This document shows positions 39,462 to 50,400 of a DNA stretch of 64,000 nt, in pieces. Source of the DNA: Basidiobolus meristosporus CBS 931.73 (lineage: Eukaryota; Fungi; Basidiobolomycota). The translations under genes and the position numbers were made by a program. Position 1 is the stretch's first letter. Every line of letters starts with the position of its first letter. The stretch covers positions 24,277 to 88,276 of the forward strand of contig MCFE01000353.1 in the NCBI GenBank assembly GCA_002104905.1, written 5' to 3'. The notes beneath the pieces were generated by a model, which saw only the letters and a program-made list of their open reading frames with translations, was not told the origin of the DNA and searched no databases.

Positions 39462-40004
39462 AGTGAAATATTATTTGGGCAAAAGGTGAATATAAAGTTA
39501 ATTTGATCAAGATCTCCTTTATCAAGTAGTTGCTTATAAGCGCAATTTATCAGCAATCAAAGTGCAAGGCAGAGCCTTGCTTTCATTTGGAGAAAGATTA
39601 AGTGAAAGGTTAAATTTGCTGCCGCTGGTGCTGCTTCTCATAGGCTTTTGCCTGCTAGTTTAGTTAGAAGCAATAGCTATGTGAGAGGGAATGGTAGAGT
39701 GTGAGGGGCCAACCAGTTTAGCACAGGAAATAGCGCCCCTTTTGATTGGAATAATTTAGTTGCCAAAGGATCAACATTAGCAAAAGGAGTAAACTCTTAT
39801 ATAAGTGGATTAAAACCTCAAATGAGTGGTAGATTTACTACAAAAAATGGTGCTTCTAGAACAACAACCCAAAATTATCAAATAGAAGGAACTTTCAACT
39901 CGAGCTTTTCATCTTCACCAATTGGTTAAACTAATATTACAACTAAGGCTAAAAATGATTCAATAGGTATCAAAGTTTATATAAGTGGCCAATCACAGAC
40001 ATAA
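39462..40004 (+). pseudogene. rps3: Mitochondrial-type ribosomal protein S3 (rps3) 3' part; nuclear mtDNA insertion (NUMT)
   Basis: One frame over 180 codons with scattered stops: SEILFGQKVNIKLI*SRSPLSSSCL*AQFI...FIWRKIK*KVKF ... ISGLKPQMSGRFTTKNGASRT...GTFN ... KAKNDSIGIKVYISGQSQT*. AT-rich codons. Confidence 0.75.
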
Positions 40005-40647
40005 CTCCCTCCAGCTCCCCTCCTCCAACCCCCCTGAGGATGAGGCCCCTCTTGTATGAAAGAATTGATTCCATATGTGCAACACCATACTTGGAAGCCC
40101 CCCCCCCACCAAGGGGAGCAAGCTTGCAGGAGGGGATCAATATAACTCCCCAGGAATTCCCTCCCCCTTGCTCCCAAGCTCAAAGCAGAATTAGAATGTA
40201 AATAAAAGCTGCCACTCCTCTTTTGCCCAACCCTACTACCCTCCCCCATGACCTCAGAACCCCCCTTGGGTTGGCCACCCTGCCCACCTTTTGCATTCCC
40301 CCCTTCTGCACCACCTCTTGTAGGGGGGAGCAACTGGATGCCCCCTCTATCTAGGGGGGGAGTGGAGGATTTTGGGAATCTGCCTAAAACTACAGCATTT
40401 GCTATAGTAGGCTACCCTGCTGCACACAAATTGCTGCCCAAGGAATGCTCCCTATCTGGGGGGGCAATAAGATGTGTGATTGGAGGGAGGTCTCCCAGGC
40501 CAGGGTGGCTCCTTGGGGTAAACGCAAGGAATGGAGGGAAGTGCCATTGGGGGGCCCTAATGGCAGAGTAGAAGTGAGAGGTCACTTCTTGGCTACCACA
40601 GCAATTGGTGCACAGCTGGCAATGCTACCCACTGAGGAGGAAGAGCT
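40005..40647. repeat. G/C-homopolymer-rich tract with short palindromes (GC-cluster-like)
   Basis: Many C5-C9/G5-G7 runs and hairpins such as CCCCCTCTATCTAGGGGGGG, plus inverted GGGAGCAAG/CTTGCTCCC. A similar tract lies at ~34921-35170. Confidence 0.5.
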
Positions 40648-41286
40648 TTAGGAAAGTCCAGGAGCTGATTGACAGTATATATGATTGATGAAGGGTTGAT
40701 TTGATGTTTTGTATTGTTCTAAAATATAGATCACCATATCTTGTTTGTTATCATGTACATTACAACAATCCCATATATCTCATAAGTAGTTTTTAGACCA
40801 CTTGTTTTTTTTAGCAAAAAGATGCCAGCATTTAAATACTAAAGTTCTTTGGTAATTATCAAAGAATAAATATCATCAATGAACCTTCTAAGTAAAATTT
40901 AGCAATTCATAATAAAAGCATTGATGTCAATCCAAAAGCTGCATTTGTATGGCTCAGTATGTTATATGTTTAGTAAAAGAAGTATTTTGGCCCAAGCTGG
41001 AACAAGTTGAGTAGAGATGATAGTATTAAAATATTCTTGATGGGTATCATTAAGGTGGCAATGGGGGTGTTGTTCAACATAGTCCAATCTGTTGGTGGAG
41101 GATTGGTTGAATATGACACAAGATTAGGATTTGCTCTAGGGTTTGTTGCAGATTCCACCTGAGGTAGTAACAATATATTGTTTGGCATAGATGGGGAATC
41201 ATGGGGGAATTTGACACCATTATGATAAGAATAAGAAGGGAGACAATTGCAGAGGTGTAAATATGCAAGAAAATACCATTTGACAT
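40648..41286 (-). pseudogene. Intronless GT34 (Mnn10/Mnn11/Gma12-like) glycosyltransferase pseudogene
   Basis: Type-II anchor IYTSAIVSLLILIIMVS, then (after a frameshift) NRLDYVEQH...PAWAKILLL...FWIDINAFIMN...YLNAGIFLL/K.NKWSKNYL*DIWD...KQDMVIY. There is also a frameshift in the A8 run at ~40805-40812. Confidence 0.78.
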
Positions 41287-41666
41287 ATGAATTAATACAG
41301 ATTACAGAACAACCATTGCGAGAAACAAAAATATTTTAGATTTGAGAATTATAGAATGCAACTTATGGGTGAGCAAAACTGATGATGCAAATAAATGCAA
41401 AGTGGGGGTTAGAAAAATAAAAAGTTTTGATACAACAAACATTACATGGACTATTGGACAAGAACATAAGAAGGTTTGGCATTATGTATTATTATTAGCC
41501 TGAGGTTGGTGTATAAAGTATATGATGGAAGGTTTCAACAAATATAATTAAGCTTGTACAACAATTTGCATATGTTTTATAGTCAAGCATAAAGTAGTAC
41601 CTGTCATCTCAAAAATTATGAATAGCTGCAACAATCAAAGGCAGACAGAGAACAGTGCATGGCCCC

Positions 41667-42420
41667 TGTGAGAAATCATTATGATGTCCCCATGAAAAGG
41701 CCATCATAAAATTAAAGTCCTGAGACTTAGAGGTATTGATCCCATCAGGACACTGTGCAAAGACTATAGAGAAATGATTGCAGCCCAGATTTCACAAAAT
41801 ACTTGACTAGAAATTTTCATCACAACAATACATATGTGGCTTTTGTTTGGTCCTCTGCCAATTCTCTCACTTCTGGATCATGAAGACTATGTCACCTCCT
41901 AAATCTATGTACTTTGATTGGTTATAGCCTCTTTTTCTCACTCCTTACTTGTTGACTCAAACAATGCTCTTACATTCATATATGTAAGTTGCTCTATTTC
42001 CTTTCAATCTTCAGTTTTAACATGATTGCTCATTGCACTGACCTAAATAATTAAAGTTACTCTTTGCACAGATCCATTGGATTATGTAACCAGTGGATTG
42101 CTGAGCCAAGAACATGAAGGAATCCTATGAGAAATAATTTGATGATCCCATCATAAGGCCATCATAAGATTAAAGTCCCATGACTAAGAGGTATTGATTC
42201 TGACAAGGCACTGTGCAAAGACTGTTCAAAAAAATTGCACCCCAGATTTCACAAAAAACTTACTCAAAACTTTTCATCACAACAATACAAAAGTGGCTTT
42301 TGATTAGTCCTCTGCCAATTTTCTCACCTTCTGATCCTAGACATGCAATCACCTCCTGTGTTTGTGTACCTTGATTGGCTATTGCCTCTTTCTCACACTC
42401 CTTACTTCCTGACTTCACCA
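41667..42420 (+). repeat. Two diverged direct repeats of ~300 bp (41667-~41965 and 42126-~42420)
   Basis: Shared T(G/A)TGAGAAAT...AGGCCATCATAA...CTGTGCAAAGACT...CCCAGATTTCACAAAA...CTCCTTACTT; LTR-like but ends unresolved. Confidence 0.7.
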
Positions 42421-42499
42421 GCTCCCTGACTTTTTACAAATAGAAAATAATTTTTTTCATTGAAACTTTGGTTGTACCTCAGTTGCCAATTGTGTTGAC

Positions 42500-44150
42500 C
42501 TATACAAATCCCTCTACCCCATACTAACATTGAGAACTACCCCACACTCAGCAAGTAACTCCATAAAAGTCCATCATTCAATAAGTATTTCTGATGCAAT
42601 ACCCTTTTTCATGACTGCAGCAGGAGCCATGTGGCTTTATGTTACTGTTCATTCACTGGTTCCCATAAGTTCTGGTCTTCAACCAGCTCTGCAAGGCCTA
42701 GCACCTTATCTGCTGGTCTTTGCAATAAGTTCTTGCAATATACAGGTGTATTTCTTTGAGCACTGCACTTGAGAAGTGCTGCAACCTTTTGGTGTACCTA
42801 TTAATGTTCCAAAATCCCATTGTAGGCATTGTGAAAGTCTTTTGAGTTCTTTATGTTGTTACTTTGTCTGTCAGTGGGATCTCTGCTCTGGATACAATGG
42901 AGGATGTGAAGTCAGTGGTTGACAAGTGGCTTTTCTCTGCAAACTCATCAACATTGCTGCAGTGTAGCTCAATTGGCTTTGCTTCCAACTCTCAAGAGAG
43001 CAACTTTTGTATTGTTAGTAACTCTTCTCAACTATTATGTGATTCAGCCTGTTTTGGGCTGGCAGCATTTATTGATGGGAGCTACAGCTTTTTTCTCATG
43101 TTTCCCTGTCTCTGGCTGAGGTAGACATTTCTCACTTTACCTGACCTTCATCACCGCCAAGTCTTTCACTGCTACTTTGACTGAGTGCTTCTTGTATTAT
43201 AACTTGCTTTGTCCCTGATGAATACTGCAATATTGCATCCATTTTTGCCTGCTGGTCCCTTGCCAGCTCATTTGTAGCAGCCTGCCATGTCTTTCCCACT
43301 TGTTTGAAACTTTCAGCCCTGCTTGTGATGGGTTTCAGAGAGAGCCATGAGTTCTTATCACTGTAAAGTCCTTCACTGCTACTGTGACTGAGTGTCTCTT
43401 GTATTCACTTTATTTTTTCCTTAATAAATGCTGCACTGATGCATCTGTTTCTGCCTGCTGATCCCTGACTGGCACTGCTCTAGCCACCTGACACTTCTTT
43501 GCCACTTGCTTGGAGCATCCAGCCCTGCTTGTGACAAGCTCTTGAGGAAGCTGCATGTCTTTAGCTATGACACCCTTGTTCCTCTGCATTTCATAGTTCC
43601 TGCTATTCCTGAGATTCTCTCCTAGCATACCAATGCTGGCCTTCAATGCATATGCTTACTTGAATACAGGATAATGCTAAATGAAACGGATCAAGTACAC
43701 TCTGCTTGGCCTTGAGTTCCTGACAGTCTCTTGGTACACTGGCCTTAAGGTGATATTATGCCTGACTTCTAATGGCCTCTAAAATGTTGGACCACCCTGC
43801 ATCATTGCACTCAACACTTTGTGCATCTTTAATGTCATTTAATTTTTGGGCTTAGGTATAAACACAACAGTCTCTCCCTCCCATGTGGTAATAGGTATCT
43901 TGGTGGGCTTTATCTTTGGGCACTGTTTTTGTGCTTCAAAGACTGCATTATGCTCCTCTGCTTCTACAAGGTACTGCATTTGCAACATTCCGCCTGCCTT
44001 AGCATTGTGGTCAGCTTGTGACTGCGCAGAGATTTGCATTTGCCACCTTGACTTAGAGCCAAAGGAATTCACATTGTTACCTTCTGTGGGCACACTGTCA
44101 AAAAGGACTTTTTTGGGTGTAGCCCGGCTTGCTGCAGTGAATGTCAATTC
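42500..44150 (-). mobile_element. Possible non-LTR (LINE) remnant: ORF1-like region plus start of an APE endonuclease
   Basis: TMGFWNIN (~42800-42811) followed after a frameshift by CILQEL, resembling the APE WNxNG...LQE motifs. Upstream is a decayed coding region with a ~205-bp tandem duplication (43160-43540). Confidence 0.35.
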
Positions 44151-46149
44151 AAGCTGTTGTCAAACCATTCATATGCTGCTGTCAACAGTGGGGTTTGGTT
44201 GGGAACCAGACAACTTTACTCTATATCTTAGCGGCATATATATGAAAGTGAGTCAGACCAAGGGGGAAATAGTGTTTCATATATATGTGTGTGTGGTGCC
44301 ACAACCATGCTTATAATGCTTAAGATGAAGGGTTATCATTGAATCCTACAGGCATGTAGATGCAATGTCTCAAATATAAGACTAGCTTAAACTTATATGA
44401 GTAATGACAAAAAAGTACTAAACTACTTGCCCTATGGAGACAACTACTTTGACTCAACACTGTATAAGAAGAGAAAAAAGACCATGTGGCTATTTTAACA
44501 AGCCTCTCAGCCATGTAGCGTGCAGACAGCTTTGAAAGTATTGCAAGGGTCTCAGCCAATGTTTGCCACACAAGTCATACTTGACTATCTATCAGTCCCC
44601 ACTATTTCATCCATATCTTGACTGACACTTGATACTTCCACAATGGCATCTAGTCATACTTGTCACCTTGCACAAACTGAGTCAGGTGGGTTTGTGATGC
44701 CTTTAGGCTCACCCTAGCCTTCTGAATATGGCATAAAGAGTGATAGCTCTGAAGAAGAAGGCTCACTAATCAATTATGAGACTATCTCCACTAACAACAA
44801 TACCCTGCATAAGTCCAGCAAAATCCCAACTTGCAATGAGACAACACATGTAGAAAAAATGCCAAGCATATTTTATAGTGCCAAGTGAGCCCAGTAATCC
44901 ATCTACAGGTGAATGATGTGATGTTGCTGCTAGAGAAGTGGCATGTTTCCACTAATATTGGTACTGGAGGCTGTGAGACTTACTCATACTTCTTACCAAT
45001 ATCATTACAGTATGCAACTTACCATGTACATGGTACTGATGGACAACTGTAATGCAGCTAGCAAAATATGACCCTGAGACCATTCTGATACCAGCATGTT
45101 TCAGCAGTTGCATGTCATTGACATCCAAAAATACCACCATTGTAAGATATCCAACTTAACAGGAATCCACCACCATAGGGGAAAAACATTGCCTACACTC
45201 AGGATATATTTCAATATGACCCCATCTAAAGAGGCTCATGCAACCCAACAAATATTGTGAAGTTAAAAAGTACTCCACTCAGTATCAATCAAATGCAAAT
45301 AATGCCAAAATACTTGATGGCAAACATTACATACAGCTAAGAAGAAAGGGCTAATTTGAAGGTATGCATGACCATGCCTTTGCCTTGACAATTGATGTAA
45401 TCTCATTAAACAAGTACTCTTCCATCAAATCCTGCCAACCACTGATTTTCACTAACCTGAGTCTGCCACCTAGCCCACAGTATAGGAGCAGAAAGCTTAT
45501 GGTAGTCTCACCAGTCTCTGGGCCCAAATCACTGCTCAGCTGGGATAGCTATTTGTATCCATTGCCAGCTGAGCATTGTATGCTCTCCAATAGGATACTA
45601 AGCATCCATTGGAGCAAAGTGCATAATACTATCTGCATTGGAGATACCACCCCCATCAGCAAGATAGCCAGCTTTTCTGGGCACAATAGACAGTATTTCT
45701 CTCAAGTATGTGAGATCCAGGGGATTTACTCCTAAACACTAACACATTATTATTATCCAAACACCAACACTAAGATTGTCCTACCCAGCAGAGAGCATAC
45801 AGAAGTCACCATCCAATTGCAGCAAAGCTGGCAAGCCGTAAGCCATTGGCAAGAATATGGAATTAGTTAGAAACCAGGGTTACATACAATAGAGGATATT
45901 GGTTGGAGCAAATGCTTTCCACCAGGAGCATTGCATTTGCTTTTCAAAAGTATCACTATACTAATGGCCAAATTGTACATGGGCTATTTCATGCTAAACA
46001 AGCCCTTTGAATTACTAGAGAAACTTGAAATAATTGGCAAGATATTTTAGAGCATCCATGGCCATAGGTACTATTTGTTACACATATGCAATAGCACTGA
46101 TGCAAGGACTGGATGAATTGGATGTGTACTTATTCAAGTAGTGTTCCAA

Positions 46150-46545
46150 AGCCACTGTAAATGCTTTATATAGTTTTTACTTTGGGGTTAATACTTAAAT
46201 ATAGTGCCTGATAGTACCAGTGGACCAAGATAGTACCATGCATTTTTGTGACATGATACAAGCCAGAGGAGCTAGATTCAGAGTGCCATGGGTGTTGAGT
46301 ACCAGATGCATGTCTTCAATCCTTTTGTGCACTTACACATCCTGCACAACATTGATCTAAAAAAAAGTTCAAAAAATGGATTTTCTCCAGCACAATGGGT
46401 GAAACACAGGGATGGCTCTGCATGAAGATGCAGAGCTATGTTTCACACCCTGTGGTCAAGTGTAGGCTCACTTGGCCTCCTTGGCACACAATGGAATCAT
46501 TTGGCACTCATGGCACAATGTGACACTATTCAAAGGAGCAAGTCT
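46150..46545. mobile_element. Right half (spacer + arm) of the foldback MITE family, inserted in a copia LTR
   Basis: Colinear with 38195-38587 and ends GGAGCAAGTCT followed by ATT. The intact LTR at ~51390 reads AAAC-ATT-ATGTACT. Confidence 0.85.
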
Positions 46546-47499
46546 ATTATGTACTGATCTTGAAACTGTTACAGAATGCTCCTGAGTGAGGAGAAACCCT
46601 CCTTACTTAGTGTCACAGCTGCATTACTTCTATAAAGGTACTAATACTGAGCCTCATTATGAATAAACAACTGTTCAACTATTTGCTCTATTTCTTGATA
46701 GGTTCCTTATATTCAAATCACTTCTTAAATTGCAACTGGTTATAAGCCTCAATCACCTTAATCTATTCTAAAGATGAGCACTACCAGCAAACAGAACAAT
46801 AAAAGCATCTTTCCTGTAAAGGAGAGGTTTGATGAGTAGAACTACAGACTTTGGAGAATCCAGATGCAGATCCACCTTGAGGAAAGAAAGCTTTGCAATT
46901 CAGTAACAGGAAAAGATGTTAAGCCCAAAGGAACAGGTAGAAGAAGTAGGGAAGTTTCAAGAGAAGCAGAGAAAGGCCTTTAATGCTGTATATATCAATT
47001 TGCAGGATTCTCTCATTGGACAAAGCCATGCCTGAAACACTGCCAAAGCAGTATGGGAGTCCTTAGAGAAGATCTTTAGCACAAAGTCAGTATCAAGCAA
47101 GCTTTATTTAAGATAGTAGTTCTTCAACATGAGGAAGAAGCCAGATGATGATATGTTACAACTCATTACCAGAATGGAGACACTTACAGAAGAACTTTAC
47201 AATATCAATGCTGGTGTAGATGATGAAGAAAAGATACTCTGTCTGCTCTGCAGCCTACCAGACAAGTATGAGCCACTCATACTTACTTTTAAAAGCAGAG
47301 AAGACAATTTGACTTTAGACTATGTCAATGGAAGACTTTTGCATGAAGAGCCAAGATGCAATGATCAAGCAGATAAAATTGATGACAATGCTGTATTCAG
47401 CTCAGAAAGGCACACAGAAAAGAAGGGAAAGCCACAAAACCAAAGAAAACCTGTTTGCTGTACCTACTGTAAGAAGCCAGTACACTGGGCTTGTAAATG

Positions 47500-50400
47500 T
47501 GTTACAAGTCTTGGTATAAGAGTTGTAGAGGAATAGGGAGTTTAGCTAGTATTGTATTCACTAAAACTTGAACTGATCTTTATTGAGGTTCCAGCAGCTC
47601 CTTATATACATTTTGCCAGATCAATTGCTGACTAATTGTATTTCCTAATATAGGTTGTGGCTGGTGACTCATTCAATTGCATCATCATCACCAAATAAGA
47701 TCCTACTTAATATATCTATTTCTGTCTGAGAAGGATCTGCTGATTCATTTGGTGACTAATGCTACTGATTTCATAGATAATACTAATATACTAATAACCT
47801 AAGCATATACTAATTGACTTGATTAAAAACTGATCTAACTTAGACATTTAAGCAGCAGATCATAACATTCTCCCCTACTAAAGCTGAGAGGGTTTTCCTG
47901 AATCTTTTTTCTTGTGATACCAATATCTTGATGGTACACTATTATCAGCAAGTCTTACAAGCTTGAGTCTGTCCCTATGCACTCAGTCTTCCCAGATATT
48001 GCCTTGTTTGTCCACTAGTTGGTAAGTTGCAAATGAACATTCTCTGATGATCTTGAATGGTCCTGTCTATTGTAGCTCAAACTTCTTCCAAGTGTTGTTT
48101 CTTAGCAATACAAAGTTCCCAACTGTCCATGCTTCTGGTGCTATAGTCTTATCAAATCTCTGCTTCATCTTTTCTGCACTTTGAGATACTTTGGTCTGTG
48201 CCTCTTGAGGTCTTTGTTCCAGTAGCTGGTGTCTACCTGACTTACTGAGCTCATCTTCTAAGGTGTCTGTGAGCTTTGGTTGTGTGAGATATCCTGGAAT
48301 CCTAGGTTCATATCCATACACCAAGTAAAATGACAATTGCTGGGTGGTATTGTGTACTCTGACTCTGCATGCAAAGAGTGCCTGGTCTATACACTCATCC
48401 CATCTACTGAAAACTCCATTTGCATACTTGGTCAGCATTTTTCCAAATAATCCATTAAACCGTTCAGTGATTCCATTAGTTCTGGGGTGATATGCCAAGA
48501 TTTTCAAGTGTTTGATCTGCTGCATTTCCAGGTAAGCATCCAATGTCTTTGCCATAAAGTTTGCACCTCTATGGGATAGAATCTCTACAGGGCATCCAAA
48601 TTTCATAGGGATCTCATGGTGGATGAAATTTGCAACTTCTTGCTCACTGGCTATAGGTACAGCTTTAGCAACTGGCCATTTGGTGGCATGGTCAATTGCT
48701 ATTAGGATCCAACAGTTGCATTTCCTGGTAGTTGGCAGTCTTCCAATAAAGTCAATTCCTCATCTTTCAAATGGTCTTACAGGCGCCAAGGGAAAAAGTT
48801 CAGCAATTCTCTGTGGTTGGCCTTGGTTGATTTGGCAATTTGGGTATGTGTTCACTAGCTTCTCAGTGTCTTGTTTCATTCTGGGCCACCATGCTCTGGC
48901 TTTCACATGGCTGTAGGTTCCTTCAATTCCCAGATGTTCATATCCATTGTGTGGCATATGTATTAAATCCAGGCAAGAAACATAGGGGCAATAGGCAACA
49001 GGGCTTCCATCAACAATTTGGTAGAGTATTTCATCCTGTACTAAAAACTTGCTGGCTTCATCCTGGATTATCTTCTTGATATCTTCATCCACCTTGTTTG
49101 GATTGGCTTGGTCCTCCAAGTACTTTGGTAATAGGCTAGGCCAATCTGATTCAAACACCAAGTTGAGTTGTGTAACTTGTTCTAATCTTGATAAGGCATC
49201 AGCAACCGTGTCATATTTTCCAGGGCAGTAGACAATCTCTAAGTCAAATTGTTGAATGTATTCACTCCATCTTGTTATTCTTCTAGAGAGTACTTTCTGA
49301 GTAAATATATACTTGAGGGAGGCATGATTAGTCTTCACAGTGTATTTGACTCCTTCAGTATAGCATCTCCATGTCTTCAAGCAGTGTATTATGGCAAGCA
49401 TCTCCTTCTCATGCACCAGATAGTTTTGTTCTGCTGAGTTCAGTTTCTTGGATTCAAAGGCAACAGGGTAGTCCTTTCCCTCAAGTTCCTGACTCAACAC
49501 TCCACCAATTGCATAATCTGAAGCATCCGTGCACAGAGTAAACTCTTTTCTGAAGCCAGGTATTCTTAGCTTGGTAGTTTAGCAAGTGCATTTTTGAGCA
49601 TCTGAAAGGCAGTCTCACAAGCTATGTCCCACTTTTAGGTGTTGTCTTTCTTGAGGATATCAGTTAAAGGGGCTGCAATACTTGCATAGGACTTGACAAA
49701 TCTCTAATAATAGGAAAACATTCCAAGGAATGATCTGAGTTCTGATATGCTATGGGGCTGCTTCAGGTTCTTGATAACTTCAACCTTCTTAGGGTCTAAG
49801 GTCACTCCTGTGCTAGTCACTATGTGTCCCAGATATTCAACATGTTCCTTGAAGAATTTGCACTTGGCTATCTTGCAATAAAGCTTGCTCTCTTGTAGCT
49901 TCTTCAAGACCTTTTCAATGTGCACCACGTGATCCTCTTCTGTCTTGCTGTATATCAATATGTCATCCAGGTATATTATCTCAAACTTGTCTAAGTACTC
50001 CTGGAAGACGGTCTGCATCAGTGTCATGAATGTTGCAGAGGCATTGGTGAGGCCAAAACTCATGACTAAGTACTTGTAATGTCCATATCTGGTACTGAAT
50101 GCTGTCTTAGAGATGTCTTCTGGCTTCACCCTAATCTGGTTGTATCTTGACATGAGGTCAATCTTGATGAATATAGTAGATCCATTGAGTTGGTCCAAAA
50201 GCTCATCAATCCATGGTATGGGGTACATATTCTTCACGGTAACTGAGTTGCGGGCTCTGTAGTCAATAAACATTCTAAGAGTTCCATCCTTCTTGTTCAC
50301 AAAAAGCACTGGTGCTCCCAAGGTGACTTGCTGGGTCTGATATATCCTTTCTCCTATAACTGATCTATTTGTCTCTTCATCTCTTCTGACATCAATGGAC

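Noticed and set aside
40970-41290. LAGLIDADG homing endonuclease reading of the minus-strand ORF
   Set aside because: Only a vague resemblance; another frame of the same DNA gives a much better, ordered GT34 match.
43839-43900. TTWEGETVVFIPKPK as a non-LTR RT motif
   Set aside because: It lies upstream of the putative endonuclease (wrong order) and is not followed by further RT motifs.
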